Below are positions 53,402 to 64,000 of a stretch of 64,000 bases of DNA, piece by piece. Source of the DNA: Lingula anatina (lineage: Eukaryota; Animalia; Brachiopoda); the NCBI GenBank assembly GCA_051362555.1, contig CM120646.1:17360001-17424000 (forward strand), in the 5' to 3' direction. Within the stretch, counting starts at the first letter, position 1; every line of letters begins with the position of its first letter. The notes under the pieces were generated by a model, which was not told the DNA's origin, searched no databases, and saw only the letters and a program-made list of their open reading frames with translations. Position numbers and translations under genes: made by a program.

Positions 53402-56400
53402 ATGGCTGCAGCGCAGGATTTGAAGGAACATTTTGGACCAGAACAGTTAAAATTGTTGGGGAAACTTGGCGTCTTGGACGCTATCAAAAAGCTGAACTTA
53501 GATCCGCCACATGAGCCATCACTTGATGACTTTGGCACCGTAAGTTTTAAAGGAAATAAATCTCTATCTTTTAAAGGGGCTTCGAGCATTTTTTTTTCAA
53601 ATCTGGTAACTTTTGTTTTGGTTTTTCAATAATGTCTAATGCATGCTTTCAAAATAAAGCACAGTTTAATTAGTCAATGAATAACAATAATAAGAAGAAG
53701 TAGAAATAAATAAATAAAGACTTCAGCCCTGCGTTAGGAAATGAAAGTAAAGATAATGAAATGCCTTAATACTGCGAAACCTATAAATTTAAATGTGCAG
53801 TAACGGTATTTCTGTAATTGCTGATAGCACATTAATGGTGGTAGACAAATTTAAATACTGATAAAACCAAAAACGAAAGTGATGCAATACAAAATGTACT
53901 TGGTAATGTGAAAATGTCCTACGCTTTTCATTTTATACTTCCAACTTCCAAGTAAACGAGTTAACGAGTAAACGAGTTATTCATTGATTGTGCATTTTAG
54001 CACAGAAAATTCTAAATCTGGTATTTTGACTTCTTTTAATATGCAACAGGATGATACATCTAGGGAAACATTAGCCAACGCAAGAGACGTCATTGCTGAG
54101 TGTGAACATTTGTACAAGCAGTGTTCTACTCTTCTGCGCAATCTAAGTCCAGTAACCAAATTCTTTATGAACCGTCTAAAACCGGGATTTCTCAAAGAGT
54201 TTAAAGGCAATTACGGGTCTCTGAAGCAACAGAAGTTCCCTATTCTTGTGGCAGGTGAGTGAACTGAGTACTGATACAAAAATCCAAATTAACGTTAACA
54301 GTTAAATAATCACAATGCTGATCCTGAATTAGTCTCGTAGGTCAACAGGAGGGTATCTACTTTGTTGATTTTATTTATAGCTATGTTTTAAACTGCAATT
54401 TATTGTTGATAATATTTGTCACCTGATTGAGATTTCGGTGCAGCTAAAAAATCCTACCTGTAAATACATTGCACATGGATGCGACCTTTTGATATTGACC
54501 ATTTTGCTGCTTCCCTAACGCACAGGTTTCTGTGTCAGAATAGCTCAAAGTAAACCACAGCTTAATGAAGAAAAGTATATCATTTCAAGTAACATCATTC
54601 ACATGGATGTTTGCTGTTCCTCCTCCAGACCTAGAACAATAAAGAACCCCCAAGACTTCTTGGTACATGTACCCTAAATCCGCCACCTGATTCGTATGCA
54701 ATGCACGAAATGCGCATCTTATTTTCAGGAGAGCAATCGTCAGGAAAGAGCTCTTTTCTTAACCTACTCATCGGCGAAAATGTACTTCCCGAAGGTTTTC
54801 GAAAAACCACCGCGCTAATTTGTGAAATCCACCACAGTCAGGCACGCGAGGCGAACGTGTACCATAGGAGTGGCGCCCTTGTAGAGCACCTCGACCTTTC
54901 TTCGCCCGATCACGCTGAAGAACAGTGGAGAAAACTCAGGCAGTACATTAAGGGAGAGGAAACCAGCAGTGACCCAGAAAATCCTTTTGAAAGGGTGGAA
55001 ATTGCTTGGCCGGTTGATTTCTTTACGGGGATAGCATCCGAGGTATGAAATCGGTACAGGTAAATTACAAGTTACTGTTATTGAACAGAAGTTTTTGACA
55101 AGAAATACTAAGAGATGGAAGCCGTCAAAACGACGTCAAAACCCTTGTTCCATCGGGAATTAGCGGCATCACTTTTGAAGTTGGATCGGCTATATTTAGT
55201 AAGCGGATCAGTTAGTCTGTGGATCAGTTAGTCCGTGGATCATCTGGTCTGAGTGCGCTCTTAGCGAAGATTTCCACTCTCGCCAATTTAGAAATGGGCT
55301 GATATCCGGCAAATGATGAACGATGCGTTGTCTTGTATGTTCTCCATTTTTGAACTGCCAATCGAGATCCTTGGTTGCAATTCCATGAAACTAGTTAATA
55401 GTACGTAATAACGTTCAGCCTTCATTAATGATCCATATAAAACTGCATTGATTTAATGTTTGAGATATTCAGTTACTCACAGCTACAATAACACTGCAAT
55501 AACACCTAGCTCGTACTGTCAAACATTAATTGCATGTCATAAGGATATCAACTTTATCTAATTTCCTTAAAAGACCCCATCTGACCAATCTATAGAAGAA
55601 CAAGAAGAGATTAACACCAGAGACACAGACTCCCCAGACAGCGGCGACTCTGATGCTTCGTCAAAGGTGAGTTTTGCTTTAATTATTCCATGTTGTTACT
55701 TTCGTTAAAGGATTGCACTTTTTATGAGGTTGGCCTGCTCATCCCGGATAGCCGAAGAGGTAAAGTCAACTTTGCGCTATTAGCCTTTGTGTTTGATGAA
55801 ATATTACTTAGTAGCCTTACGATCAAAGTTTACATAGCCATCTTGCTATAGTCTTTTAAGAGTCTTTTAAGAGTCTTTTAAAAGTTTTACGACTGACAAA
55901 CGAGATAAGCAACCCCATAAATTCATTTTGGAAAGCAACTTTGTTACAACTTGGATTAGGTTAGAGATATTAGAGAGATTAGACCTTATGTACATGTACC
56001 AATCTTAGTCGAGACTAACACCCCATTTCCATAGATTTTAGATCGATCTATCCCTGTGGGGAGTCTCACTAGATTACTGTCAGCTTAGCTGGCTTAAGCG
56101 TCTGTCCCGCCTACTGAAAGCTGTAAGGGGGTAATTAACTATGGTGCGCGCTCGGCTGACTGCAATTTAGCTTGAACTCCCAGGGAGTTAGATCGATCTA
56201 AATCTTAATCCCTGGATCGATGTAAATCTCTGTGAATACACCCTAAGTTTCAGTCTAGAACGTTCCTTTTTGAAAGAGAACACAGGCGGCATTTTATTGT
56301 TGAAAGTTTACAAAATTAGATCCTGTCACGTGACGACTATTCTGTTGATAACCTTGATTAAAAGAAAACCTAATTCACTGGCAAATTAATTTAACATCAC

Positions 56401-57977
56401 TTTGTTGAAAATGCAATCCGTAGGTAGATTATTGAAGCGTCCCCTAGGTAAAATACCTTCAAAATATGACATAACTATAAAACAGGGCCAAGGGCCACGT
56501 GCAAAGCTGCCCTAAACCTAATTCCTTGTTTTTTTGTCACTTTTCTATACTTTTTCAGTTTTATCACAGCCTCTAGGCAATGCTGCGGGTTATTTTTTCT
56601 TTTTCTTGTAACATAGGGCGAAAACGATATGCGGGTGGTCTTCGTAGATAGTCCCGGTTTTCGAGCGGGAACGGAAGATGTTTTCTGTAACTTAGAGGCC
56701 TACATGTCAAAATGCTTTGGTTTCGTTTACTTGTTAAATTTGGCAACGAATGATGGCGTTGAGGATGAAGGGGTATGTTTAATGTTTAATCCTACGAACA
56801 CACGAAGAGTCATTTACATCAATTAGGATACCGTTTCATCAAACTTCCAAGTAAAGTAAATGTCGCGTTCGAATGAAACAAAAATATATATTAAAAAAAA
56901 AAACATTTCTTGTTAAGTTCACATAATCTTAAATAGCATGAAATTGTAAATCAGATGCTAATTACTTTATTAGTCAAATTTATTAAAATATTAGTTTATT
57001 AATTCGTCATTTTTTATTTTGATTCATTTATCAAGTAATTTATTTTTTTTTGGCTGACAGATTCTGAGACTTTTACGCCTGTCGAGAAGCAAGTTGGAGC
57101 ATCCAGAGTACATTATGAACCCAAGATCTGCCTTGTTCCTTTGTAACAAATGGGACTCTGTGCCGGAGGAAGAACGGGAAAGCATGTACAGAGATATTCT
57201 TCAGAAACTGCGGACTGAATGGCCAGGACTGAAAGAAGAGCAATTGCTGACTTTGTCACTGAAAGAGGTGGGTGAAAATACAGGCGAGGGGAAAAACCAT
57301 GTTCAGGACGGTTTTTATAAACTTATTTTTAGCTTTCTTCAAGACGTATATGCTTGATCATACTCCCTGCTAAGTCATCCATCCGTTATCTCGTTCTTTC
57401 TCTTCATAATTCACAGTCATCCTATTTTGGTTGACTTGATTGGGTGGTTTCTTGACAGCAGTTTGTAATCAAGCGCCCACTTGTTTTATCTAACCCGCGG
57501 CGCAGCCAAGTAGGTGAATAGGTCGAAGATTTTTCAAACCAAGATCATTAGTGCTCTCTGACCACAGGGAGTGCTAGTGCATGTGTAGTAGTCTGTTCCA
57601 AGATCTAAATATTTTAATATTGTATACTATTTTAGAAGCCCCTGATGTCAGAGGGTAGACCATTACCGCCCAAGATTCAGCCTTATGATGTTGTTAAAAT
57701 GGCAATGTAGCGTTTAATATGACCTGTTAAAGGTTCTGTTTTTGCTGGCCCCATTAAGTAATGTCGGCAAATATTAGTTATTATTTAAAATACTTATATC
57801 AGTCTGTGCGTTCCTTTACAATGGAAATTAAATTATAGTACGTCCGCAATGAATTGTAAGTCTCAGTAATAATAATGAAAATATATGATAATAGTAATAA
57901 TAATCTTTGCGATGATGATGATGATATTATTAATGTAGAATAATGAAAGTCTTTATAGGTATTTGGTGAGTAATCAA

Positions 57978-58033
<56 letters not shown>

Positions 58034-60884
58034 TCGTACCTGCCTCTCCGGATGCCAATATCTCCGTCTATCTGCCTGTGTTTTTGTCAGCCTCCTCGGA
58101 ATGATGTATAGAGCGCCACACTAATCTTTACATCTTATACCACAATCACTTTATGCAATTTTCGAATCTGATGGCTTGTGTTTTTATTCTCAAACATCCA
58201 GATCAATGAGTCTCGTCGAAATGGCAAACACGACGTGGGATTCGACAAAGTTGTTTCATCTTTGTGTGGCGTTGTTTCACTTGCTGTGTACTACAAGCTG
58301 GATTACTACTGCAGGTATGAGGAGAAACATTTTTAAAAGATAAGGAGATTGAAAAAGTTTTAGCTAGAAATCTTTTTGTTAAAGCAAATTTGTATTACAA
58401 TTTTAATAAATGTGCCGCTATAAAGACCTTTGTCGCATTACAGTTCTTTGCAGCATCCATCACATTTCTTAGCGATATAACGATAAAAACACCGAAAAAA
58501 CCCTAACCGTTGTCACAGATGTTTGCATCTTATTTTAGATGCCTAAGGGGACTTCTCGAGACTGGGTCGTTCACGTGCAACCAGTTATCTAACGGGCACT
58601 CTCTACAGTCAAAGGATTACAAAACATGCACTTCCCAGATCATAGAAGAGTTACGTAAATTGGCAGGGAAAGTAAATAGGGAGAAAGAACAGCTTGCTCA
58701 ATTCCGACGAGTGCAGTGCAGTGGATTACGAAGTAAACTCGAAGAAATTCTTTTGAAGAAGACGTCTTACTTCACCACGTGGGAAGAAAGCGAGTGCCCT
58801 GACCCCGTCGGGACGGAGAGAGATTGGCCCACTGTGAAATCAGAAATTAGCCGGAAGATTAAAGCTCGGTTTGAAGAGGTTTTAAATCCTGACAAAACTG
58901 AAGAAGTCAAAGAATGCATTGAATTTTATCGCGATCTCATTCGCGAAAAAACTGTACATACTACCAACAATTGTCTTAAAGACCTCCAAAATATTGAAAA
59001 TAACATTTTGAATGAGCAACCGTTTACACCAAATACCCAGCTCCAAATGGCCGTCGAAGACCACGAATCGTTTCAGAAGAAGTTGGATCTTTTCCGTGAT
59101 ATCCTGACCAGCAGTCGCTTCTACACTAGTGTTTCTTCAGCATTTGGCATCACCTACGTCGCTTATTTCTCAACAGAAGATTTCGAGGGGGAGCGGTACG
59201 AAAAGAGTAAAGTGACGTTTATGGAAACAACAGCCAAGCAATACATTGACTTGATCAAATCCTCAAGTAACCTTACAAAGTTTTCTGAGTACTATCTGGA
59301 TGCAGGCCAAGCACAAGAATTTGCTTTCCAGGTTATCCTTGACGGGATTGACGCAGATTTGGGGTTGGCAACCGCGCTGCATGATGTCAAAATCACTGAA
59401 AATATTGGATCCAAATTGAAAAGAGAAGCTCAGGCGGTTAGAAAATTGCACAAAAAGGTGAAAATATTTGAAGCAACCCGTGTCCATCAGTATGACTTCG
59501 AAGCTGGTGATATTGAAAACTGGCCGCATATCCTTCGACAAAAGACACTCACCGGCTTCATAGGCGGACTAAGGAACGTCTATAAAGCAACGTTGCACAA
59601 CCGCACCATAGCTATAAAGACTATCAAAACACTGTGCCTCACGGATAACTCAATGCGCGAATATCCAGATGATCTCGACATTTTTAGGGAATATGATATG
59701 ATGAGGTGATTATATTTATTGCATATACAAATTTAAAAACGTTAGCTTAAAATGTTTGATGTATCGCTTTTCATTTCATATTTGTACTTAACAGAAATGT
59801 CATTGGACTTGTGTGATGCCACGTTATTGTTGAGGAAGTAGTTGGATAATTGACTTTATAAAAAACTCATAGAAATTATAAACATTATTATACAAACCAC
59901 ACACACATTTATAATAAAATCATATTGCCGTGTAAATACATTTCAGAAAATTGAAATCTGCCAACAGCCGGCATTTCATTGACTTCCTTGGTTGTGCAAA
60001 ATATGTCGAAGGGGACATTTTCTACCTCATCCTTGCCATGGAGCTGTGTGAGGACGGGACACTGCGCCACCATATTGAAAGCTCGAGAGAGTTCTTGCCT
60101 GGCAACTTAGAAGGAAGTACCGAATTTAAAGCAGGCGTGCGCTTTGTGGCGAGACTGGCTCTTCAGGCAGCCGAGGGACTGTCCGACCTTCATGCGATTG
60201 GGATCACTCATAGAGATATCAAAGCTGAAAATTATCTGGCGAGTCTCGGGCGATAATTAAATGTTTTATTGGGTGGGGGTGGGGTGGGGTAGGTTCGATG
60301 ACCAGCTCGTTCATGAAATTAAAATTACGTTTTCGTTTTGCAGTGTCTGTTGCGATAACTTTCCCCTAGCTGTGAGACCATTTAAAAATGTTAATTTCAG
60401 TAGATTAAAACCTACCACAATATTAATGTGATATTTTGGTTGCAGTCGTGTGATTATAATGTATTTTGAATTCTATCTCTCGTAGCTTACAAGCGATGGG
60501 ACAGTGAAGCTGTGTGACGTCGGCGAGTCTAAGGCAACCTACCTCGTCGAAACCAAAGGCATCGGTACCGACCCTTACAGAGCTCCTGAGCTTTGGGATG
60601 AACCAGGCCCTTACAATTCCAGGTGCGATATTTTCAGCTTTGGTCTGCTTTTGTGGGAGCTGTGGCACGGGCAAAGGGTTTTTGGCAATCTGAGGTCCTC
60701 CGACGACATTCACAGAAATGTGGTCCGTAAGGGAGTGCGTCCAGACGTCCGAAAGGTGTCATCTGCGTGTGACGCGTGGGCGAGTGTCATGACGAAATGC
60801 TGGAGCGAAGACCCTACGTCTCGACCCACTGCTAGAGAAGTGGTGAAAAGTCTGCTTGCTGTTAAAAGAAACTATAACCAGTGA
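53402..60884 (+). CDS. Dynamin/mitofusin-like GTPase - helical region - protein kinase fusion (DSTYK-like architecture), ~1027 aa
   Basis: Ten phase-consistent exons (53402-53539, 54050-54254, 54729-55042, 55574-55666, 56617-56772, 57061-57267, 58202-58314, 58539-59705, 59947-60238, 60486-60884) total 3084 nt. GTPase motifs: G1 GEQSSGKSS, G2 KTT, G3 FVDSPG, G4 NKWD. Kinase motifs: IAIK, alphaC FRE, HRDIKAEN, DVG, GTDPYRAPE, DIFSFG, CW..DP..RPTA. Confidence 0.9.
56019..56243. mobile_element. MITE family A, copy 3
   Basis: Homologous to 133-341 in the same orientation, with TAA flanks. Confidence 0.85.
57980..58032. repeat. (TA)n microsatellite
   Basis: Read directly. Confidence 0.95.
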
Positions 60885-61058
60885 AAAGTTAAAATATAAT
60901 TTAAATTTTGCCAATATTATTCTTACCTTGATAACACACGCTATTTTTCACAAACAAGTAGAAAGGACAGATTATATATGAGCTATCCGACTTAAGGGAA
61001 TGTGCCACTCCCCTTTAAGAACAGTGATAAGGATCAGTCATGCAGGTCGATAGTTTAA

Positions 61059-61433
61059 GGGCGCATTCAGATTGAGTTGAGCCGTGGACTAAGAGCGCAT
61101 TCAGAACAGCAGACTAACATGTCTGCGGATCAAATATGGTAACCCACTAAAAAGCTTGCTGCTTAATTCTCTATTACACACTGAATAGATTCCCCGGGGT
61201 GATTACGCAACAAGCATTCAAGTGGGTCGGCCACATGTTGTTAGTCCGCTGTTCTGAATTCGCTCTAACAGATCCAAATATGGCCAACCTACTTGAGAAC
61301 TTGTCACATAGTACCCCAATAGACCCTTAATAGATTCCCTGTGGGGATTACGTGGTAAGCTCTGAAATGGGTCGGCCCAATTTGATCCGCGGATCTGTTA
61401 GCCCGCGAATCAACTTTGATTGTGAATGTGGCC
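61059..61433. mobile_element. Nested Harbinger-type MITEs: family B copy (61093-61265) inside a related outer element
   Basis: Outer element: TAA-GGGCGCATTCAGAT ... TTGTGAATGTGGCC-TAA. Inner element: TAA-GAGCGCATTCAGAACAGC ... GCTGTTCTGAATTCGCTC-TAA. Confidence 0.8.
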
Positions 61434-61463
61434 TAAGACAGTTTCTCAATATTGGCTGTATAA

Positions 61464-61678
61464 GACTACATTCCCACAGATTTAGATCGATCCATCTGGA
61501 TCGACCTAACTCCCTGGGGGTTCACGTTAAATTGCTGTCAGCCGAGCGCGCACGGAAGTTAATTACCCCCTTACAGCTTTTAGTAGGCGGTGCAGACATT
61601 TAAGCCGGCTAAGCTGACAGTAATCTAGTGAGACTCCCCACGGGGATAGATCGATCTAAAATCCTTGGGAATGCAGTC
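61464..61678. mobile_element. MITE family A, copy 4
   Basis: GACTACATTCCCA ... TGGGAATGCAGTC with TAA on both sides. Confidence 0.9.
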
Positions 61679-61858
61679 TAATTTTTATGTCCAGTTTTAA
61701 CTTTATCAATTGACGGAGAAACGTTGGCTACAGATATGTGTGAAGACGAACTCTATCTGTTATTGTAAGACTTCTTTTACTTCCAAGGCAATGCATGCAT
61801 TTCACACATCATTATGTAAATCCTGTTAATTTGATTATTTTTTAGAATTGAAATCTAT

Positions 61859-62073
61859 GACTGCATTCCCAGAGATTTAGATTGATCCATCTGGATCGAC
61901 CTTACTCCCTGGGGGTTCACGCTAAATTGCTATCAGCCGAGCGCGCATAGAAGTTAATTACCCCCTTACAGCTTTTAGTAGGCGGGACAGACATTTAAGC
62001 CGGCTAAGCTGACAGTAATCTAGTGAGATTCCCCACGGGGATAGATCAATCTAAAATCTGTGGGAATGCAGCC
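61859..62073. mobile_element. MITE family A, copy 5
   Basis: Highly similar to copy 4 and in the same orientation; the TSD is imperfect. Confidence 0.88.
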
Positions 62074-62972
62074 TGTTACTCCAGAGAATGCCGCTACATA
62101 ACCTATGCAATATACCCTGGTACATGAAATTCTTAACTCCAGCTCAGAATGTGAAATAAAACTGACAGGGCCAAATCTGATAATTTTGATGATTCAGGAT
62201 TATGGTTGATAACCAATTCCATGACAGTACTATTTATCTTCGAAATATGGTGGTCATATGATGCAGAAATTGAAAGTAAAATTATGATTTTTGGTTAATG
62301 CTAACCTGATTTAATAAACAGATGACGCATATGGAGAGCAAAGTGCTTGCCCATTATATTCACTGTTGTAGACTTGCTTTCGTTTTTCATGCATATTTCG
62401 CGACGAGGAAAATAAATTCATTTTCCATACACCAGTGTGCCCACAGCGTTTATCAATGAAGGCCTACTACTGTAATACATTTCCTGTATGACAACAAGAC
62501 CTCCAGAGCGTTGGATTTTGGGGACTTCTTATCAGTTATTTTGTAGCGTATACGCTTGATCATTTTGTCCTTATCTCGCGTGGATCCATTCATAAAATCT
62601 TAATTCCATTTTATTTTAATATAAATAAATGTAGTTTTGGCGAGTATAATAGACCGTGCCAGAAAACGGAAATTAAGTAAAAGTATATGCACGAGATTTT
62701 TTTATATTTTATATGTTAAAACATGCATACATTTTATTTAGTTAAAAAACTAGAAAGCACACAGCGTAGGAATCATGTGACTAACACGGAAGCAACATAT
62801 TTTGATAGTCACGTATATGTACGTGGTTTGTACAGCTATTTGTTCAAATGGAATTACCAAAAATCATGTAGTATATGTGCAGATCCACAAGTATTATTAA
62901 TAACACCGATACATTGTACAATATCAAGTCAAAAAAGTTTTCTGAGTGATTGTATTCAAACAAACGCCATCG

Positions 62973-63569
62973 TTAACGGAATGGAGAATACAGGTGCTTG
63001 AACGTCATTATTTTCTTTGCGGCCTTGTTGAACTTTGAAGGTTTCAAAGAGCTCGGGTCCAGAGGCACTAATGACAATTGTAGCATTCGAAAACGTTTGT
63101 CATAGACGAACTGTTTACCGAGATAATTCCCTTTTTCTTCTTCTAAGAATTTTCGGTTGCGTTCCCTGTAGAGGCCCACGGGAAGAGTGCGACGTTTTTT
63201 CTGTCTATCAACTTGTTCCATCTCACTTTTATTCGAACAAATCATGTTCAGTGTTGTCATACCTAGCTTGTAACCATTTGTGGCAATGCTCTCTTTCCTT
63301 GTGTTCTTAGAGTTTTGCGTAGTTCCATTTTTAACAATATCTTGGTTAGCGAGCTGATCACCTCTTTCAGACCCTTTCTGGGATCCATTTAAGTTTCTGG
63401 TGCTCTGCCCGACTTTTGATTGCAGCGATCTAGTGGAAATCTTCAGATCTCGAATATCTGCGAGATTTGACGAAGCTTTGTTGTTTGGTTGCCGTTTTGA
63501 CGTGCTTATGGTTTCATTTCCCCTGCCGCCGTCCAAAAGTAGTTTTAGGAATGGTGCGTTAGGCTTCAT
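62973..63569 (-). CDS. Uncharacterised basic 198-aa protein (single coding exon as seen)
   Basis: 597-nt ORF in AT-rich DNA with a CAACATGA start context and a plausible acceptor (AATTTTAG) ~60 nt upstream. Low-complexity N-half and a more ordered C-half (DKRFRMLQLSLVP). No family recognised. Confidence 0.5.
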   Translation of the reverse strand: MKPNAPFLKLLLDGGRGNETISTSKRQPNNKASSNLADIRDLKISTRSLQSKVGQSTRNLNGSQKGSERGDQLANQDIVKNGTTQNSKNTRKESIATNGYKLGMTTLNMICSNKSEMEQVDRQKKRRTLPVGLYRERNRKFLEEEKGNYLGKQFVYDKRFRMLQLSLVPLDPSSLKPSKFNKAAKKIMTFKHLYSPFR

Positions 63570-64000
63570 GTTGATTTCAAGAATACGCCATGTTTCTTCT
63601 TTACTGGATTATCATCACTGTTTTTTACCTAAAATTTTAGTAGCAAAAAGTATGAAAGTCTAGTTTTTCTGTCAGAAATACCGGATTACATGCAATACAA
63701 AGTACATATAAATGGTACCGTACTGTAGCAACATTGTAGGCCCGACTCACAACGAGCGAGTCTCCATCTTATCAAGATGAATTGTGGAATATTCCTTGGT
63801 AAATATTGTTTCCTTATGTCGATGTCTATACCTTCCTCATATCCTATTCACTTTCAATATGCATTACTTTCAGAAAAACCAAACGAATAAAAATTTATTA
63901 TTATCGAAGTGATACAAGTGTATATCTGTTTATTCTCCTCATGAATCCGTTTTTAGCCACGACATCTGACGTTTCATCTTCTACTAGCTAATTAATATTA

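Noticed and set aside
57640-57760. Possible intronic C/D snoRNA
   Set aside because: The C-box is imperfect, and there is no properly placed CTGA D-box or terminal stem.
53402-60884. Assigning the symbol DSTYK, or calling it mitofusin or a ROCO/LRRK kinase
   Set aside because: The kinase lacks DSTYK's conserved signature. The GTPase is dynamin-like rather than Roc-COR, and mitofusins have no kinase domain.

Overview
AT-rich, intron-containing animal DNA. The transposon inventory (Helentron/HINE, RTEX-like LINE, Kolobok-type TTAA elements, Harbinger MITEs) suggests a lophotrochozoan such as a mollusc; this is an inference. In order, the window holds: (1) the last two exons of TLCD5/TMEM136 (+). 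(2) A tandem segmental duplication (~1263-17400 and ~18049-37667). Each unit carries an intact 3-coding-exon gene (-) for a 615-aa signal-peptide, Cys-rich, somatomedin-B-like protein that resembles the ectodomain of invertebrate Methuselah/adhesion-type GPCRs but has no 7TM domain. (3) PAFAH1B2/3 (-) and EI24 (+) arranged head-to-head, with a ~1.65-kb near-perfect foldback (~680-bp arms) between their first coding exons. (4) A 10-exon gene (+) for a ~1027-aa dynamin/mitofusin-like GTPase fused to a protein kinase. It has DSTYK-like architecture but is not the DSTYK orthologue, and it carries a GC-AG intron and an acidic insert exon. (5) An uncharacterised 198-aa ORF (-). No tRNA, rRNA or CRISPR array was found. 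All exon models, identities and substitution counts were read by eye; family assignments rest on recalled sequences, not searches.
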